In this document: positions 22,251 to 34,565 of the stretch, in pieces
Numbering within the stretch: the stretch's first letter is position 1
Layout: every line of letters begins with the position of its first letter
Origin: Macrostomum lignano
Taxonomy: Eukaryota
DNA length: 64,000 bases
NCBI GenBank assembly: GCA_002269645.1
Contig: NIVC01000859.1
Span: 248,001 to 312,000 of the forward strand
Direction: 5' to 3'
The notes under the pieces: generated by a model
What the model was told of the DNA's origin: nothing
The model's database searches: none
The model's input: only the letters and a program-made list of their open reading frames with translations
Program-made: the position numbers and the translations under genes

Positions 22251-23868
22251 CTTAAGTAAGAAAAATCAAAATTAGCTATACAGCTTCCTTCTGTTATATG
22301 ATTGACATGTAGCTGCAGTATATAATATAGGCTTTCTAACAAAACATTAGCAACAGCTAGGGTACTTGCACAGTTCCACTTTCATGCCTTATAAATTGAT
22401 AGCTGACCAGACCATTCAGTCTATATTGCATCTCGAAAAAGGTGCTATGTGCCATATATAATCCCTAAAACTTACACCATAACTCTCTGATCTCTTGATC
22501 TTTCTACTCACCTAACGGCTTCCCGCTAGCGGGACCCATCCCACGCAAAAAATAGCCCGCTAACGGTACCCAGCCCACGGTGGGATGGGCTCCCTTAGCG
22601 GAAGCCAGCCCACAAGCGGAGAGGGGTGGGTGTGGGGTGAGTGTGGACGGTAGTGCGCACTAGCGTACTAGCACTGTACTAGCAATGAAGCTAGCTGAAA
22701 ACGCTGCACATCCGTGACTCATTTCTCGTATATTAATGTATGCTGGATGAAGACGGCTCTTTGTCTTTCCCAACTCTTCCAAATTTAAAAAACTCCCAGA
22801 ACGCGTTTCGTTTTAGCTGCAAGGAATTGCAATCTTTCAATACTTAACGCGTTTCATTCAACTAATAGTATCCGACTTTTCAATACCTATCATTTATTAA
22901 ACTATAATTGAATCAGTTTAACCTTAAGGTTCAGAGATTTTTAATCCTAAGCTTTTTATCTTTATTTTATCCCAAAGGTAAGCAAACGTGGCCGGTTGGT
23001 CCTAAATTGCATTGTACTCATTATATTTTCTTTTATTATGTCTAGCTTAGCTTAGAATTGCATTATGCTACGAATCTATAGTCTTTTATGCTCCTAAATT
23101 TAGTGGAAATTTGGTCAAAGAAGAATAATACAGGCACAAGAAGCGAGGCACATTTTCGTTCTGAACGTTTTTATAGCAAAAAAAGGTATACCAAACGAGT
23201 TATTGATAAGTGATAGACAGACCAATTTCCAATTTCCAATTTCCTAATTCACAAAGTGCTGTTTTTCTAATTTGTGGATGTCTGATAAAGGCATAAAATC
23301 AATCGCCTCTGTACTTGTATTTGTCATTTATTATATACTGCATCCGTTTGTAAATATTATGCGAAAAAGACAGAGAAAATAAGTTTTGAATTTCCACACG
23401 AAGTTAAAACAAACTAAAAATTTAAACAAAATTTAAATTGACGCGAAAATTAAAAATCTCACATTCGTTGAATTCAAAATTAAAAAATTAATTTACTCGT
23501 AGGATCAAAGGACACTGGACACTAGGTTGCTATCTACATGCGATAGCAATTCCACTTTAACTTATGGGCTTTGCCCTTATTTTAATCACTGCATAGATTT
23601 TTGTGTAGATCTAGTCTTATCTCTCTTAAGAGTCATGTCTATGAGAGTTATATTTTAACGTTGTACTAGTAGTTAGTTTATGGTACTCGCGCATTAATTT
23701 TGTATAGTAGTTTTATGCGATAGAAAATATTTATTGTCTGTGTCTTTGTGGTGTTACCGTTTTTATTAACCTAAATATTGGGCTATCTGACTAGAAATTT
23801 GTTTTTCTTTTTAATTCATACACGCGATAATTTTTCAGAAGTTTTTAACTTCAGAAATTGACGAGCAG

Positions 23869-23897
23869 GCGTGCATGCACGGGATTATTTTGACTAG
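23869..23897 (+). mobile_element. Helitron-type 3-prime terminus
   Basis: gcgtgcatgcacggg hairpin, then attattttga, then CTAG followed by T. The 5-prime end was not located. Confidence 0.5.
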
Positions 23898-23936
23898 TAA
23901 ATAAACGAAATAAATACACATATTTATTTGGCGCTT

Positions 23937-24498
23937 GACCTAGATGGCCACATACCAAGATGGCCGCAGCCCTAAATGTATAAATAGATAATCATTTTTT
24001 GTTGGTATTAATCTGTATTAGATATACATCATATAGATAGATCTTTCAGTCTTGAGAAATAGATGCTATAATAGAACTATTTTGAATTAAGAACATTCCT
24101 TTTGCTTTAGCTTTTATTATAGCCTGACCTATATATATTTATCTACTAAGTAAAGCATGCAACCTAGCACAAAATACATACCTTGTTGCATTTATATCCT
24201 TTTTTGAATAGCATTACTAGTAGCAATGGTTTCTAAATAAACTAATACTAATGGTGATAGATAGATTTGATCAATGCGATGATAGGGAATAAATTGGCAT
24301 AAACACAGAAAAAGATTTTATTTTTTTATTATAGGTAATTAGTTTCAAGTTGATTTTTGGAGTCTACCTGAGCCTACCATTAGTATTAAACATATTAGTT
24401 AATATTACAATAGCTATTGAGTTGCTAATTGATGGTACAGAGGAAAAGAATAGAGAGATTCAATGCTGTGGCTATCTTGGTGTGTGACCATCTTGGTC
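23937..24498. mobile_element. MITE-like element with 34-bp imperfect terminal inverted repeats
   Basis: gacctagatggccacataccaagatggccgcagc (23937-23970) versus gctgtggctatcttggtgtgtgaccatcttggtc (24465-24498), about 5 mismatches, AT-rich interior. Confidence 0.55.
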
Positions 24499-25731
24499 TT
24501 ACAACATTTATTTTTGTGGTTCTTGGTGCCTATTACTTTTAGTTGAAACGTCAGCTTTAGTATTAGGAGGTGGTTTCAAAGACTCATTACTTTAGCAGTA
24601 GTTTATAGCAATGGATAAGACCAAGCTAGCGACACACTAAGACAGCCACTGGCTCACAGATAAGATTTTCTAAAATATTCAATGGATAATCAACAATAAA
24701 GTGCTTTTTCAGTTATTATTACAGATATTAGTACTACGAGTATATGTTTCATTGCTTTTCTTATGCAGGCCAATTTGACAGTTGACTACTTCAGCTTTAA
24801 AATAATAATTAGAAGTAATTGATTTATAAAGGTGTAGTTTATTATGCCAGTATGCCAGGTGAAAGTTAAATGTACAAATTACAATATTATATTTATAATT
24901 AAAACTAAAGCAAATAAAAAATTTGCCTTCTTCAAACCAACATACCTGTCATGAGTTAAAAAAAAATGAGACTAGCTTGTTTTAAATAAAATTTAAAACT
25001 TAAGTTGAAGTTGCAGCTGTCCTGGTATGTAACTGTCTTAGTCATGTACCCTACGGAACTGTCTAAATAAATTTCAAGATTTTTATATGGTCCTACACCT
25101 CTGAATAGAAAATCAAACCCATGGCAATGCCACGATACCATACTAGAAGTAAAAAATCAGCTAAGATTTTATGCCAAGCAACACATCAATCTGTAAACTG
25201 TATCCTTTAGAGGCACCAACAGGCTCAATCAAGAGGCTTCAATAGAACATAATAGAACATTTTGTATAAAGCTGAGCTAGGCATAGGCCAGGCAATCAAA
25301 CTATCTAAGATTGAAAAAAGACAATAATCATATAATTAAACTATGTCAGCAAAATTGCCTTTCGATGGCAATTTTTCAAACTACAGATTGTCATTGCAAA
25401 TGTCATTAATTTTTTAAACTTCTTAAGTACCTATGGTAGGTGTGGATTTAGGTATCTGCCCCCACTGCTATAGTTTGTCAAACTTAATCTACTCGTACTT
25501 GTCACACAAATGGTACTTTTTTATTTTTATAGCAAAATGGCAGCTTTCTGGCGCTATGTGGCACTTTTGGTTTTGGTACCAGTTTAGACCCTGCTGCTGC
25601 CCCCCCCCCCCAAGCGGAAATCCTTGATCTGCAACTGACATATGCATTCAAAATAGTAGAAAGATTCCAATCAATTTCTAAGTTTAAAAAAGGATTACAT
25701 TATATTGGCGCTTCAACAATAATTTTTTTAG

Positions 25732-27712
25732 ATGGTTGGAAATCCTTCGCATCAGTTTCTTCGTGAAGAACATGCTGGCAGTAAGTATTTTATACATGTG
25801 ATTTGATTAAGCTTTTAAGTGCTCATCCCAATGGGAACAAATCCTCATAAGAGACAAAAGATTTTTTTGTCACAAACCTGATTGCACAGAGGCCATCTTA
25901 ACAGTAGAACTACTAAGTACCAAAGGGATATTTTCCTCAACAACAAAAATTTTCCTGCATTGCTCCATTTTGGCACAGCAAAAGAAATTGTCTGGGTAGG
26001 GGAAATCCCCCTGAACCTATAGCTCCTTTTTGGCTGCTGGTGTGCTGAAATTGAACTCAATTGGTTGCATTGAACAGCATTCCTAAGTACTATCTTTTAA
26101 TATTAATTGAACCAGTGTGCAATGCTGTTTTTTAACTTATTACGGCCTGCCAAGCCTACTGGCTGATAATGACACTTTTCTGAAACCTCTACAACTGAGC
26201 TCTACTGTTTTAAACTCTATGTTATGATCATTAAATAAGGAAGAAATTGAAGCGCAAGATTTTTAATCCAGACACAAGTGTAACCTCGATTCGTCATTTT
26301 CAGGTTTTATTAAATATTTATTTCCAAGCAGTAATATGATCTGCTTAGATAAAACGACAGATGCTACTTAAATCAGCGTTAGTAGTATTTAAGCAGTACT
26401 AGAATAGCTTATTTAAAAACTGTCTATCTAGTGTCTGTCTCAGTCTCCGGTAGAGGTTTCAGAAAACTGTCATAATCAGTCAGTAGGCTTGGCAGGTTGT
26501 AATCAGTCTGCCTCAGCCTCTCTTAGTGTCTCAGTGTCTGTCTCACAGTCTCAGCGGTTGTCTCAGTGTCTGTCCGTCATACTTACCATATGCATTCTTA
26601 ACTATGTAGTCTTACCTTCTATTTCAGAATGGACGCGACAACTTCAGGAGAAATACAGAAAAATAAAATCTAATTCCGCACAATACAAAAGGTTGCAAAT
26701 GCAGGCTAAAAGTGCTCCTAGGCCCTTTTCTCGTGTGCTTAAAGATTTAGATACAAGAAAGGAAACTTATGTGCTGATTCGAGTTTTCCAGGACAAACCT
26801 GCTCAGTACAGTTTGTCGCAAGATATTCCTGCTCGTATTGAAATGGATCTCAAAGAGCATTGCGATAATATTGTTAAAGTTTTTAGACGAGATGCTGATG
26901 AACAAGAAAAGCTCCGCAGGCAGCAAGCTGAAGCAGCTGCTCAAAGTCAAGCTCAAGGTGAGGCTGCTCAAAGTCAAACTGTAGGTGCGGCACAAAGCTC
27001 TGAGCATGGCTTTGAAGAAATAATAAAGAAAGGTGTGCGATCCATGCGGTCAGCGCTTAGTCAACTTACTAAGAAAGCTTACCAAGACAAAACTGGTGAC
27101 TCAGGTAGCATTCCTTGGGGCCAAATTATTTTTGACAGCGAGAATGCTTCAGCAGAAAAGAAAGGCCCTGGATTCTTTGAACCCCACATGCTTCCGCCAC
27201 ACAAGCTAAACCGGAACCAATGTGTTAAGATGTTCGAATCCATTATCCAGAATGAAGGTAAGCTTGTTTTCCGTACTCATGCTGAATCTGATCATGCCAC
27301 TAATCAGTCTTTGGGTGCATCTTCAAATGGCATGGAAACAGCTGAAGTACACGCTGATGAAGATGAGCTTCTAGATGAGTTTCTAGAAGATGAGCTTCTA
27401 GAAGAAAACAGTTTTGCGGCAGACCTAGACGAAGTAAGTGAGGAAAGTGAGCAGAATCAACAAGGACAGAATAATGAAATTGTTGGTCCTCAAGTTTCTG
27501 AAAGCTCATCTGAAGCTTCAACAATTCCCAAGAATTCCATTCAAGGCCAGCATGCTGCAGATGTAAGTGCCAATCCCAGCGTTCCAGTTTCAGGAAATTC
27601 AAATTTCGGCGTTGCAAGTGGTTCAATGTTGACACTTCTCAAAAAAGTTCCTGCCCCCAGCCTTGGAGATCCTGCTTCAAGCCAAGCATGTCAGCAAGAT
27701 TTGATACTTTGA
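25732..27712 (+). CDS. Two-exon orphan gene (25732-25780, 26628-27712), 377 aa, with a helical N-half and an acidic low-complexity C-half
   Basis: ttttttag|ATG...GGC A|gtaagt and ttctatttcag|AA TGG join in phase 1 to give MVGNPSHQFLREEHAGKWTRQLQEKY.... The second exon is 1,085 nt, open and non-repetitive. Confidence 0.7.
26030..26270 (-). mobile_element. Inverted fragment of the modular repeat tail inside the gene intron (another short plus-strand piece at ~26450-26500)
   Basis: Reverse complement of ttttggattaaaaatcttgcgcttc...gcaccccagcagcc. Confidence 0.85.
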
Positions 27713-28968
27713 GTAAATTTAATTTAATAATTTGAGTAATTTAAATAATAAATTAATAATAAATTAATAAATTAGTAGTAATGTTTATTGTTTATTGTTT
27801 GTTAATGTTACTGTTATTGTTATTGTTATTGTGTTGTTATTGTAATGTTGTTGTAATGTTGTAATGTAATGTAATGTTGTAATGTTGTAATGTAATTGTA
27901 ATGTTATTGTTAATGTTTATTTATGTTTATTAAATGGTAAATATTTAATAATAATTTAATAATGTATTAAATTAATCGGCCCGAGGGTTCTGCCCAGCCC
28001 AATTTTTGGATTAAAAATCTTGCGCTTCAATTTTTTCCTTATTTAATGATCATAACATAGAGTTTAAAACAGTAGAGCTCAGGGGTAGATGTTTCAGAAA
28101 AGTGTCATTATCAGCCAGTAGGCTTGGCAGGATAGTACTTAGGAATGCTGTTCAATGCAACCAATTGAGTTCAATTTCAGCACCCCAGCAGCCTGGCTGG
28201 CTAGCCGTGTTTTCGCCACTCGACGTTCTGATACTTGGCGGAGGTGCTTAGCGAGTTATTGCATCTTGCGACAACAGATAAGCACATTCCATCCATAATT
28301 GACCCGTTCTGAATTGTACATAAAGTTATCCTGCTGCAACGCCGAGTGGGCCGCCGCCAGCCAAAGCGTCGCCTCAGCATCCTGGGCTACGCCGATGATC
28401 TCGCCCTGCTGTCCTCAACCGTCGAGGGCGCCCAACGTCAGCTGGTACGTCTGGTTGGCGTTGCTGCGAGCGTCGGCCTGGTGATCAACACGCAAAAGAC
28501 CGTCGTGCTCACCATGCCCACCAACATCCAAGCCGACATCTACTGCCGAGGCGCTAATGGGCAGGCAACGCTGTTACCGCGCGTTCAGCAGTTCGTGTAC
28601 CTCGGCGGCCTGGTACCCGACGCCTTTGACGACCTGAGGTGTTGCCGTGGACTCGCTTGGGCGGCCTTTAACTCCATGAGAACCGTCCTGCACTCTGCGG
28701 TTCTGCCAGACCGCCAGCGCTCAGCGTTGTTCCAGGCGTTGATCGAGACCGTCCTGCTTTACAACGCTGAAACATGGACGCTGACGGAAACGCTCGAGCG
28801 ACAGGTCGACGCGGCGCACGCCGGCCTGCTGCGCGCTGCCTTCAAGATCGGCGGCGGCGAGCATGTCACTAGCGCGGCGCTGTACGCCCGAGCTCGCCTG
28901 GCCCGCCCCAGCGATCTGCTTCGCCGCCGGCGGCTCCAGTGCTGCTGGCCATGCAGCAGACAAGATCT
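27706..28968 (+). mobile_element. Modular repeat, copy 3 (AT array, tail and the same RT fragment as copy 2)
   Basis: 27960-28968 is nearly identical to 11970-12968. Confidence 0.85.
28335..28935 (+). pseudogene. RTE-like RT fragment, duplicate of 12340-12940
   Basis: GYADDLALLS and NAETWTLT motifs in ORF 28346-29089. Confidence 0.9.
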
Positions 28969-29685
28969 CATCTTTCAATATGTACTTGATGTATCTGATA
29001 TGTTATATGTATTCTTTTCTATCCCCTCGCCTGCACTCTGCATGATCTCATATTTACCCCAACGTGAGGAATCAGGAATAAGAATTTGAGCTTGAGATTA
29101 AGAAATTGGCAAAACATTAGCAAAAGCTGGGTATACCTGCACATCAGTTCCACTCTCATGCCTTATAAATTGATAGCTGACCGCAGACCATGCAGTCTAT
29201 CTTGCATCTCGAAAAAGGTGCCATGTGCCATATATCTCCAAAACTTACCCCATAACTCAAAGATCTCTTGATCTTTCTAGTTCTCTGCTCTCAATTCTCA
29301 TTTCTCCTTTACTATATAGCACGCACTCTTCTCTCGTGTCATCTTCTCTCGATCTCTCTCTCATCTTCTAATATGTATTTGATGTATCTGATATGTTATA
29401 TGTATTCTTTTCTATCCCCTCGCCTGCACTCTGCATGATCTCATATTTACCCCAACGTGAGGAATCAGGAATAAGAATTTGAGATTGAGATTAAGAAATT
29501 GGCAAAACATTAGCAAAAGCTGGGTATACCTGCACATCAGTTCCACTCTCATGCCTTATAAATTGATAGCTGACCAGACCATGCAGTCTATCTTGCATCT
29601 CGAAAAAGGTGCCATGTGCCATATATCTCCAAAACTTACCCCATAACTCAAAGATCTCTTGATCTTTCTACTTCTCTGCTCTCTG
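28965..29685 (+). repeat. Tandem duplication of a ~320-bp unit (28965-29290, 29360-29685); diverged copy at 22340-22505
   Basis: aatatgta.ttgatgtatctgat...gatctcttgatctttcta occurs twice. Confidence 0.9.
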
Positions 29686-29819
29686 CTTTTACAACAATTA
29701 AGAAAAGAAACTCGATTTTTACTGAGCCCCATGCAACATCCTGTAGCCTCTGGATGCGCCCCTGCTGGCACATGATAGCCGCGTAAATGCATATTTAAAG
29801 CAATTCGGTGTTGTAGTTA

Positions 29820-30085
29820 TGCACTCAGGCTCGTCGCCATGGATTTTATGGTGGGTGACAAAGCCAAGATTTCTACTACATGTAAATGTACACGACGAAA
29901 TTCCTACACGTACATTACTATCAGAATCCGTGTTGTCAGCACTCATTTCAGCGCCGCAGGTACTCATTTTAGCGCCGCAGGTACTCATTTTAGCGCCGCA
30001 GGCACTCATTTTAGCGCCACAGGTACTCATTTTTAGCTCCGCAGCTACTCATTTTTAGCTCCGCAGCCACTCATTTTTGCGCCAC
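29820..30085 (+). mobile_element. Minisatellite-bearing MITE-like element
   Basis: cgtcgccatggattttatggtgg head followed by actcattttagcgccgcagg units. Confidence 0.65.
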
Positions 30086-30329
30086 AGGCCTCATTGTATA
30101 TAGACAAATTTCCACTTACAAGCTTTAATTTAAACTGAAGAAAATGGTAACAAAACTGGTATAAAATAGTCTATTTTTATAAATGACTGAATGGCCCTTA
30201 GCAGCTAATAACAATTTGCTTTTAGAGCGTAGTATATCTTTATTAATTCATCATTTTTTGTACAACTCGTATATCCGGAAAGTAGTTAGTAGTTAGTAGT
30301 AGTTAGATAGTAGATAGTAGGATCTCTAG

Positions 30330-30525
30330 TAGGATACTAAAAGTAGTATGAGCGAAACATGTGCACTATAGTTTAGGGACATACACTAGCATAATGTTGT
30401 AAGGTCGCAATTAATCATTATATTTTAAAGATGGCCCGAAGAAATGGTCCTTTTCCACTCACACGTCTGATTTCTTTTCCAAATGGAAATTGCTTTCCTG
30501 CAAGGAGGGGGCGGCATCCGCCCCA
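30330..30525 (+). mobile_element. Modular repeat, copy 4 (head only)
   Basis: Near-identical to 11120-11315, including the preceding tagatagtaggatctctagtagga. Confidence 0.85.
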
Positions 30526-30765
30526 AAAATAGAAAATAGAATGTCTTAGAATAGAATAGAATGAGAAAAAGAAAATTTCCAGATACAAAATATTGGAAGA
30601 CGTTTAAGAACCGATTTTACAGATACTAAAAATCAGTGTTGCGTTGAATGCAAAACGGTTTATCAGGGATCAAGTATGCTACAGCTTACATATCGACATT
30701 GTCATATTGGCATTGTTAAACACTAAATGTCAAGATGGCGCGATATCTTGGCGACTAATGACTGA

Positions 30766-31054
30766 CAACAACAACAAGTTACGCCCCAGGGTCGAGGTTG
30801 GGCGTCACAGGTCGCGCCCCAGAGCACGGGAGCGGAGAAAGGCCGGTCCACCGGCCTGGTCGGGGGCGCCAGCATCGGCCAGCAGGCAGTCCGGATACCG
30901 CCGAGTGCGCGCCTGCTCGATGACTCACCGAAGGGCCAGGATCTGCGTAACAGTGCCGCGTCTTGGCCGGAACCCGTTCTGCTCGGTCCGCAGGTAGGGA
31001 TCCAGCACGGGCTGCAACGGGGTAAGCAGGAGCCGGTTGAACAGCTTCGCGGCG
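30766..31054 (-). pseudogene. Internally deleted RTE-like LINE fragment with a (TTG)n tail
   Basis: AAKLFNRLLL.PLQPVLDPYLRTEQNGFRPRRGTVTQILALR (RT domains 1-2) is fused to a GC-rich 3-prime end and a ttgttgttg tail. Confidence 0.8.
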
Positions 31055-32559
31055 ATGGACATTACTAATGATTGAGTCATACAACAAAGAAGAGTAGATA
31101 GGACATAAAATAGAGATACACAGTGAAAGTAGCATGACTGAATGACCTGGAGGAGGGTGTGATAAAAAGGGTGATTCTGGATGGGCAATTGTAAAAGAGC
31201 AAATCTAGACGGGCGAATCTAAGTAAAATCATAAGTCATTGTCAAATGTTAACATTGCAATAAGTGTGTAAAAGAAGAAAACAAATGCAATACACAATGA
31301 AGTCGTTAAAGTAAACTATAACTTAATTATAACAACGTGTATTTAGTAGAAAATGGAACGATAAACTGTCAACAAACAGTGATCTAAATGGAAGTACACC
31401 TTATTGAAAAATAACAATAACAAAAGTATAAAAGGTAACGAAATAAGTGCTCTTTGGCTCCGTTAATCAAAACAGTTTAGCGCCAGTTTATAAACTGAGT
31501 GACAGTTCATCACTGCATTAAACTGAATTAATTAACGTTAACAGGTCCGCTACGTGTAAGCAGAGCACATGGACCCAGGAATGATACAGCTGAGCAGCGA
31601 ATTCACAGCACACTTGAGCTATTGTGTGCAAGTGAGGTTAAAAATGACATCTATTGGCACAGCAATTTTTAATTACCACTTTATACGATAATTTTAATGA
31701 TTGCAAGTGCTTGAGAATAAACTGTTAAATTAATTTTGTATTTCTGCTCGCTCAGAGATTGCCATTACAGTGAGTAGGAGAAGGGGTCGGGGTTCAAGGA
31801 CTATTAAAAGGTCTAATCAGCAAATCGATTGCTTTTTGGGGAAGAGGACACCAGGTTTGGATCAAATTTAGTTACTTTAACTTTATGTGACGATTTCCGT
31901 CTGCGAATAACGGGTTGTGGAACTATTGTGAGAGGAACAATTGCTTTAGGCTTGAGAGGAATAGGAACTGGGCCGATTGCAGCGGGGAATTTTTTTTCTG
32001 GAGATTTTTTTAAATTTCCTAGTGAGCATCTAGGAATACAATTGGCAATTTCTTTTGTTGATGTAGCACAAGGCAGTCTTGGTGCACCACAGTTGCACCC
32101 AGAAAATGTGCAATGCTTTGGCCATCAGACAATCAGACATCAGACAATCATGCAATGCTTTGTGTATGATTTGGCCATACTGAGACCGCTGCCACCAGTG
32201 TAAGACCGTGGGTTGAATTGCAGTGACGCACACAACACGTGAGGAGACCTCACTGGCTCACGCCAATATATTTAATATACCAAAGTTGGGGTGGGTGTAA
32301 CCACCCCAAGCACGCACACGCTGCAGCTCTAAACGCCATCCCCCAAACAGCCAGACGTGCACATCTAAGTGCACGCGCACCAACAAGCCAGACTACATTA
32401 CTTTACGTAGGTCTAGCATTTTGAGTTTTTTGCATTTTTCTCAAGGATATTGCTTCTTATCAAGTTAAAGAGACCAATATGTCAGCTAATATGTTTAGCT
32501 AACAATACCTTTGTACTTAGCTAATAACAAGACGGTGCAAGACAATAACATTTTTAGAT

Positions 32560-32660
32560 GCCATCCCCAAGAAGAGCAACTCTAACGGCCTTGACAACTT
32601 GCGCGGCATTGCCCTTAGAGAGCACTTTGGCCAAAGTCCTTAACACCATCTTTCGAAACC
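32560..32660 (+). pseudogene. Degraded RT relic
   Basis: AIPKKSNSNGLDNLRGIAL, a frameshift, then ESTLAKVLNTIFRN; this resembles the LINE IPKK..NYRGI.L..K motif. Confidence 0.55.
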
Positions 32661-32694
32661 ATAAATCTATGCTCTTAAATCTATGCTCTTAATT

Positions 32695-33032
32695 GAGGGG
32701 GGCTGTAGCCCAGCGGTAGCGCAGCTGCTCTGGTGTGCCAGCGACCCAGGCTCGATTCCAAGTGCAGTCACATTAATTTGGGGCTGGATTGGAATCTTGG
32801 CTTGGCTCTGCTCATGCAATTAACGGCCTTGAGAGCCAACCCCCCAAGGCGCAGTGAAGTGTACATGCCTAACGATAATATAAAGTTAGGGCCGCTGTAC
32901 ACTCCTGTGTAAGTGTGTGCCTGCGTACGTATCTGTGCGCTTGTGTGCCTGCTCAGGGGAGTCGGCGGAATGGGCAGCAATGCCTCTCGCCGGTTGTGTG
33001 CCCATGTCACTTAAAGTGCGCCAGGGTGCAGG
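32695..33032 (+). mobile_element. tRNA-derived SINE with a 12-bp TSD
   Basis: Head ggggctgtagcccagcggtag (A box)...ggctcgattcc (B box). atgctcttaatt occurs at 32683-32694 and 33033-33044. Confidence 0.7.
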
Positions 33033-33044
33033 ATGCTCTTAATT

Positions 33045-33240
33045 ATCAAGTGCAATAATCCTTGGCTTACCATAATACTGAGTGCAGTAATCCTTGGTTT
33101 ATCAAGTGCAGTAATCCTTGGTTTATTAAGAGCAATATTCCTTGGTTTATCAAGTGCAGTAATCCTTGGTTTATTAAGAGCAATATTCCTTGGTTTATCA
33201 AGTGCAGTAATCCTTGGCTTATTGAGTGCAGTAATCCAGT
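33045..33240 (+). repeat. ~24-bp minisatellite (aagtgcagtaatccttggtttatc), with an alternating variant
   Basis: Direct tandem array of about 8 units. Confidence 0.85.
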
Positions 33241-34199
33241 GCAGAGCTGTCTTTTACCAACGGGTGCTTCGCTGACCCTGGGCCAGCGTCTGTTTAATAA
33301 TAATAATAATAATAATATTTCTAATCATATTGACATATTACCATATATAAATTTAGAATTTTTAGTTACAAAAAGACTAAAATAATATATTGTTTGCTAT
33401 CCATCTTTTCAGCCAACACGCTCATGGCCATCCAAGTGATTTACAATTTGTTACTGGAAGGAATAAAACAATTATCCTAATTGTTTTTCTGTTATTGCAT
33501 TTTTAATTATTGTGTATTGCTATTTTTGTTTTACTTCAATGAAAACTGTTATCTTAATTTATTTTAATGTATTTTTTTATTTTAGTGATTTTATTGCTGT
33601 CTTTTAATTTAATAAAAACTGTTGTATTATCTTAATATATGGTTTTTCTTCTGAATGCTGCATTTTTAGTTATTGTGTAATGTGTATTGTCTGCTGGCTG
33701 ACGCCGGCGCCTCGGACTCTGCCGGCGGTGCGGCTTTTGTTCTTGCCCAAGCTTTGAAGCGCGCCATCTGACGCTGCTTTTGTGAACTGGCAGCGTACTC
33801 TGTTGTTGTTGTTGATGTTGTTGTATTGTAATTTTCATTTAAATTCAACGAAAACTTAATTTTAATGTATTGTCTGTCTTCTGAATGCTGAATTTTAGTT
33901 CTTGTGTATTACTATTGCCATGAATAAAAAATTGCCATGAATCAAAACTTTCACCAGCCTAAAATGTTTCCTTTATCAGCCTAAAACCCTTTTTTAATCA
34001 GCAAATAGTGCTTATCCTTTTAAGCACAAACTCTTAGTGCATATCTTCATTGGCTTGGGTATATTCTGGTCCGCAGCAGGAGCTCTTATTTTTGTGTACT
34101 ATTCCATTATCAAATTAAATGATCTACTTGAGCCGTACTAGCTCGTACTTGACGATCTGACAATCGCTCAACAATCTAACTTCCTCCCCCAAAAATTCA

Positions 34200-34560
34200 G
34201 CCACCCCCAATGAGCCTTGATATCTCAACAATTCAGCCATCCCCCACGAGCCTTGACATCTGAGAAATTCCCTCAGTAAGCATCGACATTATCAATTAAA
34301 CTCGAGCCTTGACATCTACGCAATTCTCCCAGGCCAGTAAGCCTTGACATCTCGGAAATTCCTCCAGTAAGCCTTGAAATCTCAGTAATTCCCCCAGTAA
34401 GCCATGACATCTGAGTAATTCCCGTGAGCCTTGAAATCTCAGAAATTACGCCAAAAAGCCATCAAATCTCAGAAATTCTCCCAATAAGCCTTGACATTCA
34501 GAAATTCCCCCAATAAGCCTTGACATCTCAGTAATTCTCTCAATAAGCCTTGACATCTTA
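34200..34560 (+). repeat. Degenerate ~30-bp repeat (agccttgacatctcag.aattcccc)
   Basis: The same motif is dispersed within the Helitron-like elements at 13580-14260 and 16385-17060. Confidence 0.75.
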
Positions 34561-34565
34561 ACATC

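Noticed and set aside
26489-26627. N-terminus of the 407-aa ORF as listed
   Set aside because: It has a non-ATG start in repeat-derived, low-complexity sequence; a strong acceptor at 26627 fits a spliced model better.
26030-28200. Inverted repeat arms enclosing the 407-aa ORF as a TIR transposon
   Set aside because: The arms are internal pieces of a dispersed repeat, exon 1 lies outside them, and there is no TSD or DDE motif.
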